Origin: Patescibacteria group bacterium
GTDB taxonomy: Bacteria > Patescibacteriota > JACPGU01
Assembly (NCBI GenBank): GCA_041675145.1
Contig: JBAYUK010000002.1
Span: 216,530-280,529 of the forward strand
Direction of reading: 5' to 3'
Length of the DNA: 64,000 nucleotides
The notes beneath the pieces were generated by a model, which worked only from the letters and a program-made list of their open reading frames with translations, had not been told where the DNA came from and did no database searches. The translations under genes and the position numbers were made by a program. Position 1 is the first letter of the stretch, and each line of letters opens with the position of its first letter. This document shows, one piece after another, positions 51,929-64,000 of the stretch.

Positions 51929-52001
51929 GGGCCCTTAGCTCACTTGGTAGAGCGCCTCGTTTGCACCGAGGAGGTAAGCGGTTCGAATCCGCTAGGGTCC
52001 A
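51929..52001 (+). tRNA. tRNA-Ala(TGC)
   Basis: GGGCCCT/AGGGTCC acceptor with G3:U70, CCTCG-TTTGCAC-CGAGG anticodon arm. Confidence 0.97.
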
Positions 52002-52008
52002 CTTTAGA

Positions 52009-52038
52009 ACAAAAGAACCTCTTGCGAGGTTCTTTTGT
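52009..52038 (+). terminator. Intrinsic terminator inside the ITS after tRNA-Ala
   Basis: ACAAAAGAACCTC-TTGC-GAGGTTCTTTTGT, 13-bp perfect stem with a T-rich 3' side. Confidence 0.75.
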
Positions 52039-52056
52039 GATAATATAATAGACCTT

Positions 52057-52881
52057 ATGCAGGAAACTTTTTCACTTATTGTTTTTAATACATGGAACGG
52101 AAGACGATGGGAGGAGTATGTTCGGTTTTTAGAAGATACAAAAAGTAGTACCGATATATATTGCTTCCAGGAAGTTCTCAATGGTCATGAACCAGGATTT
52201 ACTAAGAGTACGGGCTCGCGTATCAATCATATTACCGAAACTACAAAGATTCTCAATGCAGGGTATGTGGCATTTGCAAATCGCCAAGCCTATTTCAAGA
52301 AAGATGTACTGCTTGAGTTTCTCCCGTATGGTATCGCTACCGTTCATGATATTAACCATAAGAGAAACTTGCGATTAACTGAAAGACAAGATATTTTTTT
52401 GGTCGGTGCTATGGACAGTTGCGATGATCCATACGCAGAAAATGTTCAGTTACCTGTCGTAATTCAGAAAATTCGTTATGAAACATTTGACGGGAAACCT
52501 TTCTATATTCTCAATCTCCATGGTTATTGGCAGGATGGAATTGGAAAAGGGGATCATCCAGTGCGGCTTGAGCAAACGAAGAAGCTAGTGACGATTCTTG
52601 AAGGTTTGGATGCTCCCTGGGTTCTAGCGGGGGATTTTAATATGAATCTAAATTCAGAGAGTATCCGTTTATTAGAAGCGCTCCCAGGCGCCCGGAACCT
52701 TATACGCGAATATGAAGTCACTACTACCAGGACAAGCCTTTACCCAGAAGTGAAGCGCCTTAAGGAGCCACACGCTGATTATATTTTTGTCAAAAATATC
52801 GCCATAGATTCATTTAGGGTAGACCCTGGTTTACTAGTCTCGGATCATGCCCCGATGTATCTTGATTTCGGTGTAGTGTAG
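52057..52881 (+). CDS. Endonuclease/exonuclease/phosphatase (EEP) family protein in the rRNA ITS
   Basis: FNTWNG, DIYCFQEV, NLHG, LAGDFN, DYIFV, SDHAP motifs. Start placed at ATG 52057. Confidence 0.92.
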   Translation: MQETFSLIVFNTWNGRRWEEYVRFLEDTKSSTDIYCFQEVLNGHEPGFTKSTGSRINHITETTKILNAGYVAFANRQAYFKKDVLLEFLPYGIATVHDINHKRNLRLTERQDIFLVGAMDSCDDPYAENVQLPVVIQKIRYETFDGKPFYILNLHGYWQDGIGKGDHPVRLEQTKKLVTILEGLDAPWVLAGDFNMNLNSESIRLLEALPGARNLIREYEVTTTRTSLYPEVKRLKEPHADYIFVKNIAIDSFRVDPGLLVSDHAPMYLDFGVV

Positions 52882-52909
52882 CCGCTTGTTTTCTCCCTAA
52901 AATAAGTGC

Positions 52910-52939
52910 TTGACGGGAGGTATCTTTATAGATTAAAAT
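52910..52939 (+). promoter_or_regulatory. Putative dedicated 23S-5S promoter
   Basis: TTGACG-18nt-TAAAAT. Confidence 0.55.
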
Positions 52940-53234
52940 GCAAGGACAGGTTTAGCCCTGTTTTATTTATCTTATTCAATGATTTTTTCTCAAACACACA
53001 GTATTTCACAGATACAGCCGTAGCCCGAGGAGAAACCCTCTTGGCCGCTGTAGAAGCGGTTTTTTTATCCCCATTTGGCCCACAATTTAGTATTTCTTTC
53101 ATGAGGAATACTAATAGTGAATCAAATCTGTACATTAAAAATTTTGAAATTCGAGTAACAAAGTAACTTCGAAGGTTAACATGTATTGTGAATCGCAAGA
53201 GACGCACAAGGTATAATGCTTTGCGCGTTGTAGA

Positions 53235-56200
<2,966 letters not shown>

Positions 56201-56276
56201 CTACAACGCCAAGAGCGTTATGGAACTTCGCATTGCTTTGTGATACTCGAATTTCAAAAATATTTCATAGATACTA

Positions 56277-56383
<107 letters not shown>

Positions 56384-56415
56384 CAGTATCTATGAAATTG
56401 TACAGATTGATCTCA

Positions 56416-56450
56416 AAGAAAACCCCTCCACATTGTGGAGGGGTTTTCTT
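56416..56450 (+). terminator. Terminator after 5S rRNA
   Basis: AAGAAAACCCCTCCAC-ATT-GTGGAGGGGTTTTCTT. Confidence 0.85.
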
Positions 56451-56503
56451 GTGGTTCTCCTGTTTATCTGGCATACTAGAGGTACTATTACATACAAACT
56501 ATT

Positions 56504-56863
56504 ATGAATATACCAGATGAGAATATTGACGATGTAGTGCGCGATGAGGCTGTGGTTCACGAGGCTTTTGAAGCACAAAAGATTACTCCAGAGGAGCTAT
56601 CTTCAATTGAAACAGTAGAGCAGTTACAAGCTCAGTCACAGACATTGCAGGCTGGCGAAGCGCTAGAAGAGGTTTCGGATGTTGTTATGCCATCTAGTGA
56701 AGATCATGGGAAAATAGAGGAGATAATAATTCCTTCTCAAGTAACTTCAAAAGAACAAGTAAGTGCAACAACAGATGTACCTGAATCCTTACAAGAGATT
56801 AAAGAGAACAGTGAAGTATCTAACGAAGTTAAGCCTCACAATTCTGAGATTAAGAATCGATAG
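56504..56863 (+). CDS. Acidic, probably disordered hypothetical protein
   Basis: 119-aa E/S/V/Q-rich ORF, 8 nt upstream of mutM. Confidence 0.65.
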   Translation: MNIPDENIDDVVRDEAVVHEAFEAQKITPEELSSIETVEQLQAQSQTLQAGEALEEVSDVVMPSSEDHGKIEEIIIPSQVTSKEQVSATTDVPESLQEIKENSEVSNEVKPHNSEIKNR

Positions 56864-56871
56864 TATTTTCT

Positions 56872-57753
56872 ATGCCAGAATTACCCGAGGTACAAACGGT
56901 AGTAGATGGATTGAACCAAAAAATGGTAGGGCATACTATTCTGGATTTGGTGTATTGTGATGCACCAAAACTTATTCACGGAGCAACGCTTGCAGGGTTT
57001 AAGAAAGAAGTTACAGGTCAAAAAATAGTTCGCGTTACCCGCCGTGCAAAAAATATTTTGATATATCTCTCGGGAGGTAAGATACTTCATGTGCATTTAA
57101 AAATGACGGGCCACTTGATTGTAAAAAAAGATACATACAAAGTAGTAGACGGAAAGTGGCAGGGAAGTAATCTACCGCCAGAACTTACAGACCCCATTAA
57201 TCAGTTCATTCATATTGTTTTTTTGTTGTCAGGTGGATTGCAACTCGCGTACTCAGATATGCGTAAGTTTGGTTTTTTTCACCTCATAGATACCGATGGA
57301 GTGTTAGAGGTGGATGAGAGACATGGACCGGAACCTGTATATAATCCAGATTTTACTCTTGAGGTCTTTAGGGTGATACTCAAGAAATACCCTAACAATA
57401 AGATAAAGGCATTACTACTAGACCAGCAAAAGATTGCAGGTATTGGTAATATATATGGAGATGAAATATTGTTTCTTGCGCGGGTTCTTCCTGATCGAAA
57501 AGCTGGATCACTATCTACTATAGAAACGAAGAGAGTGTACGAGAATATTGAACCAGTATTGCTTGATGCAATTAAGAAGCGAGGTACGAGTATCGGTGAC
57601 TTTCGTGACTCAGATGGGAGGATAGGGAGTTATCAAGAGTCGCGTTTGGTCTACGGACGCGAAGGACAGAGCTGTGGAGTGTGCGGGAGTATAATTAAAA
57701 GAATAAAGATTGGGCAACGCAGTGCTCATTTTTGTTCCACATGTCAAAAATAA
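56872..57753 (+). CDS. mutM: Formamidopyrimidine-DNA glycosylase Fpg
   Basis: MPELPEV, RRAK, HLKMTG, LLDQ..IAGIGNIY.DE, C-terminal Zn finger. Confidence 0.97.
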   Translation: MPELPEVQTVVDGLNQKMVGHTILDLVYCDAPKLIHGATLAGFKKEVTGQKIVRVTRRAKNILIYLSGGKILHVHLKMTGHLIVKKDTYKVVDGKWQGSNLPPELTDPINQFIHIVFLLSGGLQLAYSDMRKFGFFHLIDTDGVLEVDERHGPEPVYNPDFTLEVFRVILKKYPNNKIKALLLDQQKIAGIGNIYGDEILFLARVLPDRKAGSLSTIETKRVYENIEPVLLDAIKKRGTSIGDFRDSDGRIGSYQESRLVYGREGQSCGVCGSIIKRIKIGQRSAHFCSTCQK

Positions 57754-57754
57754 C

Positions 57755-58504
57755 ATGAACGAGTTTTATAAAACAGAAGGCATTATTATTGGAAAGCGAG
57801 ATTTCTCTGAGGCAGATAAACTGCTGATCGTTTTGACGCCTGACATGGGAAAGATTACGATTAAAGCCAAAGGGCTCAAGAAGACACTCGCTAAAATGAG
57901 TGGGCACTTAGAACTCTTCAATCAGGTAAAAATTGAGATGGTGCAAGGGAGAACTTTTTTTATTGCAACTGGTGCGCAGACAATTGAAAATTTTAACAAT
58001 GCAAAAAACGATTTCTCACGAATGAGCACCTTGTACTATTTAGGGGAGTTGGTAAACAACCTAGTGCCTGACCATATTCCACAAAAAGAGGTGTATCAGA
58101 ATTTAGTCCAGGCCATTGCAATGGTTTCTGCTAACACATTTGATATGGCAATTGTAACTCTCTCGTTTGAAGTACAGCTTCTTCACTTATTAGGGTACAA
58201 GCCAGAGCTTGGCAACTGTGTAGTGTGTCACAACGCTGTTATAGCAGAAGGATTTTGTATGAGTGTAGAAAAAGGAGGGGTGATGTGTACTGTATGTGGT
58301 CATGATGACTGGCAGACGCGCACATTATCTACTAACGCACTGAAAGCAATGAGGCTGATGGGATCGTATAATTTTGATACTGTTTCTAAAGTGAGAATAG
58401 AACAAGGAATTGTAGGGGAGCTGAGAAGTATTTTAGATTTGTTGCTTGAACAACAAATGGGGAAGCGGTTAAAATCACGATCATTTTTACAAGCAATCGT
58501 ATGA
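57755..58504 (+). CDS. recO: DNA repair protein RecO (Zn-finger type)
   Basis: TEGIII..RDFSEADKLL..LT...GKI...AKG, LGYKPEL..CVVC...C..C. Start placed at ATG 57755. Confidence 0.94.
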   Translation: MNEFYKTEGIIIGKRDFSEADKLLIVLTPDMGKITIKAKGLKKTLAKMSGHLELFNQVKIEMVQGRTFFIATGAQTIENFNNAKNDFSRMSTLYYLGELVNNLVPDHIPQKEVYQNLVQAIAMVSANTFDMAIVTLSFEVQLLHLLGYKPELGNCVVCHNAVIAEGFCMSVEKGGVMCTVCGHDDWQTRTLSTNALKAMRLMGSYNFDTVSKVRIEQGIVGELRSILDLLLEQQMGKRLKSRSFLQAIV

Positions 58505-59646
58505 CGCAACACAATAAAGAAAATCTATCTTCAGTATGGTGTGAGATACAGCTTGCTAACATCTCACATAATGTTGATGTGATAAAAAAGAATATTGGAA
58601 AGACAAAACTAATGGCGGTTTTGAAGTCTAATGCGTATGGCCATGGACTGGTTGCGGTTGGTTTGCATTTAGATACTAAAAAAGAAGTAGACTACTTTGG
58701 TGTCTATACGGTAGAAGAAGGAGTAGCTCTAAGGGTTGCTGGAGTTACAAAACGTATTGTAGTGTTAGGTCCGATTTTCAACGAGGGGGATTACCAACTA
58801 ATTCACGACCATTCCTTAGAATTTATGTTGATGGGTATGGATGAAATGAGCGCGCTTGTAGCTCACTCTCACTTAAAGTTTAAGGTGCATATTAAAATAG
58901 ATACGGGACTGCATCGTTTTGGTTTTGATCCATCAGAGATGGCGCAGGTTATTATGCTCCTTGAAAATAATACCCATATTATTCCTGTCGGAGTTGCATC
59001 ACACCTTGCATCTCTCGAAGATGGCATGCTGGACTATACGCATAAACAGATTACGCTTTTTACTCAATCAGTTCGCATGTTGCAGTCTCATGGGTTTGCG
59101 CTCATCAAACATATCGGAGCAGCTAGTTCACTATTATCAATTCCAGAAGCTCACTTTGACATGGTACGAGTTGGTATTAGTTTGTACGGTTTGTGGCCAA
59201 CAGACGAGATGCAAAAAAAATATTCGAATAAACTTGATCTTCGTGCCGCACTTTCTTTTAAGACGAGAATTGCATATCGTAAGAGAATTGAAGCAGGGGA
59301 CTTCATTGGGTATGGTGGAACATTTAAAGCAGATACAAAAATGACCATTGGTATCTTGCCAGTTGGCTATTATGAGGGCCTGGATAGAAGACTATCTAAT
59401 ATAGGAGAAGTATTAGTAGGTGGAAAAAGAGTAAAGATTATTGGTCGAATAGGTATGAATACTGCAATAATAGATTTAACAGATGTTCCTGCTGTGCGAG
59501 TGGGTGACGAAGTTGTTTTAATAGGAGAAGACGGGTCTGGAAATACGATATCTGCGGAAGAGATGGCTGGCTTAATTGGCACGGTCCCGCACGAGATTAC
59601 GACTGCTCGTATCCCAGATTTTGTGCCACGGATCTATTTAGGGTAG
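58501..59646 (+). CDS. alr: Alanine racemase
   Basis: MAVLKSNAYGHG (PLP Lys), HIKIDTGLHRFG, DMVRVGISLYG, IGYG, PVGY.EG. Confidence 0.95.
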   Translation: MTQHNKENLSSVWCEIQLANISHNVDVIKKNIGKTKLMAVLKSNAYGHGLVAVGLHLDTKKEVDYFGVYTVEEGVALRVAGVTKRIVVLGPIFNEGDYQLIHDHSLEFMLMGMDEMSALVAHSHLKFKVHIKIDTGLHRFGFDPSEMAQVIMLLENNTHIIPVGVASHLASLEDGMLDYTHKQITLFTQSVRMLQSHGFALIKHIGAASSLLSIPEAHFDMVRVGISLYGLWPTDEMQKKYSNKLDLRAALSFKTRIAYRKRIEAGDFIGYGGTFKADTKMTIGILPVGYYEGLDRRLSNIGEVLVGGKRVKIIGRIGMNTAIIDLTDVPAVRVGDEVVLIGEDGSGNTISAEEMAGLIGTVPHEITTARIPDFVPRIYLG

Positions 59647-59678
59647 AATAATACATATATAAGAACTAAACGAAGCAT

Positions 59679-61139
59679 ATGGCAGAGCAACAGGTGACTA
59701 TGGAAAAGATTGTAAGTCTGTGTAAAAGACGGGGATTTGTATTCCCAGGTTCAGATATTTACGGAGGACTAGCCAACTCATGGGATTACGGTCCTTTAGG
59801 AGTGGAGCTCAAGAATAATATCAAGCAACTGTGGTGGAAGACGTTTGTTCACGATCGTGACGATATGGTCGGTATTGATGCTGCTATTATTATGAATCCA
59901 AAGGTGTGGGAGGCAAGTGGCCATGTAGCAACCTTTAACGACCCGCTTGTAGAGGATAAAAAAACGAACGAACGATTCCGCCTTGATCACCTTCTTGAAG
60001 AGAATGGTGTTAATGTGGCTGGCATGACTTTTGAACAGATGGCAGCTAAGCTTTATGACCTGGGACTCAAGAGCCCGAAAGGAAATGAACTGTCTACACC
60101 GAAGAAGTTTAACCTGATGTTTGAGACATATATAGGCCCTGTAAATCCTCTTTACGATGCCTGGGATGCAATGAAGGGTAGGATTCTACCAAATGAAAAT
60201 TGGGATGAAGATCGTGCAAGGAATCTAATGGCCGGATTAGACAAGGGAAGGGTTTATTTGCGCCCTGAGACTGCTCAGGCGATGTTTGTAAATTTTAAGA
60301 ATGTAATCCAGTCTACCCGCAGTCAGATTCCTTTTGGAATCGCACAAATCGGAAAAGCGTTTCGTAACGAAATTACTCCCGGTAACTTCATATTTAGACA
60401 ACGTGAGTTTGAGCAGATGGAGATTGAGTACTTTGTGCATCCAAGCCGGGCCAGTGAAGCTTTTGAATACTGGCTCATGCGTCAAAAAGAGTGGGTGAAG
60501 ACTATTGGACTCGATGAAGCAAACGTGCGCTACATAGAAATACCTGATTCAGATCGCGCTCACTACAGTAGCAGAAGTGTCGATACTGAGTATATTTTTC
60601 CTTTTGGACAGAAAGAGCTGTATGGACTCGCGAATCGAACTGATTTTGACTTGAAAAGCCATATTGAACACTCGGGTCAGTCGCTTGACTATGTTGATCC
60701 GCAAACAAACGAAAAGTATGTTCCATATTGTATAGAGCCAACCTGGGGCGTAGATCGTACGGTTCTAGCTGTTCTTTGTGCTGCATACAAGGAAGAAGGT
60801 GAAGGGGATGAGAAGCGGGTCTATCTCGCTCTTGCCCCAAAACTTGCGCCTTATACGGTGGCAGTATTTCCGCTTATGAAAAACAAGCCAGAGCTAGTAG
60901 AAAAAGCTCAGGGTATATATAGAGAGTTAAAGAAGAACTTTACCGTTGCGTGGGATGATCGAGGTAACGTAGGGAAGCGGTACTATGCTCAGGATGAGAT
61001 AGGAACCCCGTGGTGTGTTACGGTTGATTTTGAGACGCTTGAGGATAACACAGTTACGATTCGTAATCGTGACACTATGCAACAGGAGAGAATAGTAATT
61101 TCTGAGCTCGGAAAATATATACAAGAAAGGCTTGTGTAA
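59679..61139 (+). CDS. glyQS: Glycine--tRNA ligase, homodimeric (eukaryote/archaea type)
   Basis: KRRGF...SDIYGG, DYGPLG, YLRPETAQ, FRNEITP, FEQMEIE, DEIGTP. Confidence 0.97.
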   Translation: MAEQQVTMEKIVSLCKRRGFVFPGSDIYGGLANSWDYGPLGVELKNNIKQLWWKTFVHDRDDMVGIDAAIIMNPKVWEASGHVATFNDPLVEDKKTNERFRLDHLLEENGVNVAGMTFEQMAAKLYDLGLKSPKGNELSTPKKFNLMFETYIGPVNPLYDAWDAMKGRILPNENWDEDRARNLMAGLDKGRVYLRPETAQAMFVNFKNVIQSTRSQIPFGIAQIGKAFRNEITPGNFIFRQREFEQMEIEYFVHPSRASEAFEYWLMRQKEWVKTIGLDEANVRYIEIPDSDRAHYSSRSVDTEYIFPFGQKELYGLANRTDFDLKSHIEHSGQSLDYVDPQTNEKYVPYCIEPTWGVDRTVLAVLCAAYKEEGEGDEKRVYLALAPKLAPYTVAVFPLMKNKPELVEKAQGIYRELKKNFTVAWDDRGNVGKRYYAQDEIGTPWCVTVDFETLEDNTVTIRNRDTMQQERIVISELGKYIQERLV

Positions 61140-61176
61140 ACATCAAAGTACAGATACAATCAAGACAAAGATATAC

Positions 61177-64000
61177 ATGCAAAAAAACACGAAACTTACA
61201 AAAGCACTTACCTCTGCCCTAGCTGTAGGATTTACTACTGTGGCAGGGGTTTTGTTGTTTGTAGGCTCATATACAACCCATATCCCTTCTGCTCGTGCGG
61301 CAGCCTTTGCATCTTCTGTCACCGGTAACTGGGATGTTGGAACAACTTGGGGAGGAGCCTGTGCTTCGAGTTGTATTGAAGGAACTGATTTTCCAGGAGT
61401 CACTGATTCAGTTACTATTTCTGATGGTCATATTGTGACTGTGAATAGTGCTGCTTCAGCAGCGAGTGTCACAATTAATGTGAACACCGGGACAGGTAAT
61501 GGTATTACAATTTCTGGAACCAACTCGCTCACCGTTTCAGGAGCCGTGACGCTCAATATGCCAACAGCAAACACGACTGACCTTAATGTAAACGCTGGTA
61601 CGCTGTCGGCAGCTAGTATAGCAATTCCTGGTAGTGCTACTGCGAACCGGTTTGCGACCGTGCTTGTTACTACTGGTACCGTCAATGTGACTGGTGATAT
61701 TACTTTCTCAGGGTCAGCTGCTCGTGCTCGCTATACCTCAACGGGAGCGAGTAATACTAATATTGGCGGGAACTTCACCTCAGGTGGAACTCTTACGACC
61801 AGCGCTACCGGTACATTCACCTTTAATGGATCAGGCGCCCAGAATATGGGTAGCTATACAACCTATAATAATGTTGTGATTAATAAGTCAGGCGGCACCG
61901 TGACAGCCCTTAGCGCGGTGACGGTTGGTGGTACTTTGACCGTAACAGCAGGAACCATAGACTCCTCAACAGCAAACTTCGCGGTGACTGGAGCTACTAC
62001 TATCGATAGTGGGGGTACTGTGACAATCAGTAGTGCGACAGGTACTAAAAACTTTGGCTCGATGACAATAAATAGCGGTGGTAATTTTAACCACACTGCA
62101 GCCGAGAGTACTATTATCACAGGAGACCTTACCTTAAATGGTACGGGTGTTGTGACGAGTACGACCGGCACTGTTATTTCGCTTTCTAAAGTAGGAGGTG
62201 GAACCTTGGGTGGTACGAGAACTGCAACTACAACGATCGATGGCCTAACATTTACAACCAGCTATAGTGTAAATATACCACTCTCTATTACAAATACGCT
62301 CACTTCAACTACGCCGGCGGTTGTTACTAATAATACTACCATCACAGCAACCAATGCGCTGTCTGGGACGGGTACATTTACGCAAGGATCGGGGAGTGTA
62401 TTGAATCTTGGTAACGCTACTACCGTTACAACTTTCGATGCTTCAGCTAGTACTAATGAGGTGCACTATATAAGTACAACCGCTGGACAGACTATTAAGT
62501 CTTCAACCTATCACCATCTATTTATTGATAAAACAGGTCAAATAGGAACACTTGGTGGGGCTATTACAGTCAACGGCAACCTTACTGTTTCTGGTGGTAG
62601 CTTGAGTGACGGAGGGTTCCAGATTACCGGTAATGCGACCGGTACATTTAGTATTACAAGTAGTTCGACGTTGACGCTGGGAACAACCACGGGAACTGGA
62701 ACGAGCTTCCCAACAGGTTTCTTGGCTGGCAATATCACTATTCCATCTGGATCAACAGTGAGCTATAGCTCTAACTTTGCGCAGACTATTTCGGATATTG
62801 TTCCATATCATAATCTCTCTCTCGTTTCAGGAGCTGCTATTACCAAGACAGCGGCGGGTGCACTCACCGTCAACAACAACCTCTCGGTAGGGACAAATAA
62901 TACGCTGGCTGACGGCGGCTTTACGATTACCGTGAAAGGAAACCTCACTGGAGCTGGTGCTCACTCAGGTACGGGTAAGATTTTACTTACCGGAGGAGCT
63001 GGTGCTCACTCGGTCTCTATTGCTGGTGACGCAGGTAATATAGAACTCAACGATAGTAATGGTGTTACTCAAGCAGGTGCCTTTACTACTACAGGCAGTT
63101 TTACTATTACAACAGGAAACTGGACTATTGGTGCCTTTGCGTTAACTCTGAGTGATACAAACTCAATTTCTGGTGCCCTAACCTTTAGTAGTGCAACTGG
63201 TGCAAAGTCCCTTTCCAATACTACTATTAACTCGGGAGGGTTAATTAATTTTACTGCGGCATCAGCAGCTACTTTCACAGGCGATTTAACTATAAACGGT
63301 ACCGGAACTATTACTGGTACTACTGGAGTTATTACATTTTCTAAAGTTGGAGGAGGAGCAATATCAGGAACCGCTACAAGTCTATCGCTTACGAGTGCAA
63401 CCTTTACTACGAGTTATACACTGGGTATCGCTGCCACTATTCCTACTGTAACAGTAACAAGCCCAGCAGTATTAACGAACAATACTACACTTACAGTTGC
63501 AACAAGCTTAGCGGGAACTGGTCAACTTACGCAAGGTACAAGCGCGACACTTAATATTGGAGCGGCATCTACTATTACTACACTTGTTGCCTCTGCTAGT
63601 CCGAACACAGTGAACTATACTGGGACGGCTCAGACAGTGCATACTGCTACTTATCATCATGTCACTACTACTGCTGGCGCGAATGTGCTCGGCGGAGTAA
63701 TCACAGTTAACGGCAACATGACAGTCGGTGGTAATCTTGCTGATAGTGGAAACCAAATTACTGGAAATGCTACCGGTACATTCATTATCTCAGGATCAAC
63801 TACTTTGACACTGGGTACACCAGGAGTCGCAACAGCATTTCCGACTGCATTCTTGAATGCAAACATCACTATCCCTGCTGGATCAACTGTGGTTTATAAC
63901 TCAGACCAAGCGCAGATTGTTAGTGGTGTACCTACCTACGGTGGTAACCTAACCCTTACAGCGACCGCTGGCGTAACTAAAACAGCGAGTGCTGCCGTTA
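61177..64000 (+). CDS. Large secreted Thr/Gly/Ser-rich beta-helical surface protein (>=941 aa, runs off window)
   Basis: Open frame from ATG 61177 to the window end (absent from the ORF track because it has no stop). Signal peptide MQKNTKLTK...PSARA|A, 'GNW...TW...FP...D.VTI..GH.VTV' cap, and beta-strand repeats. Confidence 0.88.
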   Translation, partial: MQKNTKLTKALTSALAVGFTTVAGVLLFVGSYTTHIPSARAAAFASSVTGNWDVGTTWGGACASSCIEGTDFPGVTDSVTISDGHIVTVNSAASAASVTINVNTGTGNGITISGTNSLTVSGAVTLNMPTANTTDLNVNAGTLSAASIAIPGSATANRFATVLVTTGTVNVTGDITFSGSAARARYTSTGASNTNIGGNFTSGGTLTTSATGTFTFNGSGAQNMGSYTTYNNVVINKSGGTVTALSAVTVGGTLTVTAGTIDSSTANFAVTGATTIDSGGTVTISSATGTKNFGSMTINSGGNFNHTAAESTIITGDLTLNGTGVVTSTTGTVISLSKVGGGTLGGTRTATTTIDGLTFTTSYSVNIPLSITNTLTSTTPAVVTNNTTITATNALSGTGTFTQGSGSVLNLGNATTVTTFDASASTNEVHYISTTAGQTIKSSTYHHLFIDKTGQIGTLGGAITVNGNLTVSGGSLSDGGFQITGNATGTFSITSSSTLTLGTTTGTGTSFPTGFLAGNITIPSGSTVSYSSNFAQTISDIVPYHNLSLVSGAAITKTAAGALTVNNNLSVGTNNTLADGGFTITVKGNLTGAGAHSGTGKILLTGGAGAHSVSIAGDAGNIELNDSNGVTQAGAFTTTGSFTITTGNWTIGAFALTLSDTNSISGALTFSSATGAKSLSNTTINSGGLINFTAASAATFTGDLTINGTGTITGTTGVITFSKVGGGAISGTATSLSLTSATFTTSYTLGIAATIPTVTVTSPAVLTNNTTLTVATSLAGTGQLTQGTSATLNIGAASTITTLVASASPNTVNYTGTAQTVHTATYHHVTTTAGANVLGGVITVNGNMTVGGNLADSGNQITGNATGTFIISGSTTLTLGTPGVATAFPTAFLNANITIPAGSTVVYNSDQAQIVSGVPTYGGNLTLTATAGVTKTASAAV
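62029..64000 (+). repeat. ~380-aa diverged tandem repeat within the surface protein
   Basis: SSATG.K...TINSGG...TGDLT.NGTG...SKVGGG at 62029 and 63187. QITGNATGTF...TLTLGT...FPT.FL..NITIP.GSTV.Y at 62620 and 63754. Confidence 0.85.

Noticed and set aside
61143-63869. Series of minus-strand V/P-rich ORFs
   Set aside because: Antisense shadows of the large + strand T/G/S-rich protein.

Overview
Core-chromosome segment of a bacterium using the standard genetic code (UGA = stop), most likely Patescibacteria/CPR. That assignment is inferred from shortened 16S helices, rRNA insertions, protein genes between 16S and 23S, a eukaryote-type GlyRS, class II RNR and a GapN-based glycolytic cluster. Almost all genes are on the + strand: gyrA (5' truncated), infB, der, envelope genes, 10 tRNAs, pcrA, rsmA, rsmI, lysS, serS, hpf, secA, uvrA, recG, rsmD, a frameshifted comEA, nrdR-nrdJ, trxA, tpiA-fba-pfkB-gapN, tig, gmd, clpP, 16S/23S/5S rRNA, mutM, recO, alr, glyQS and the first ~940 codons of a large secreted repeat protein. 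lepB and the bactofilin-DAGK-infC-rpmI-rplT operon are on the - strand. No mobile element, prophage or CRISPR array was seen. The most striking unexplained signal is a ~445-nt highly structured region between uvrA and recG. It has its own near-consensus promoter and a U-tract end, is built from up to four Y-shaped stem domains, and is a candidate undescribed ncRNA. Other notable signals: the rRNA locus appears split into three transcription units with two protein genes in the ITS, there is a 116-nt hairpin insertion in 16S h17, a perfect CIRCE straddles the clpP -10 box, paired NrdR boxes are joined by a perfect inverted repeat, and several genes look leaderless. All calls were made by eye. 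No database searches or folding programs were run.
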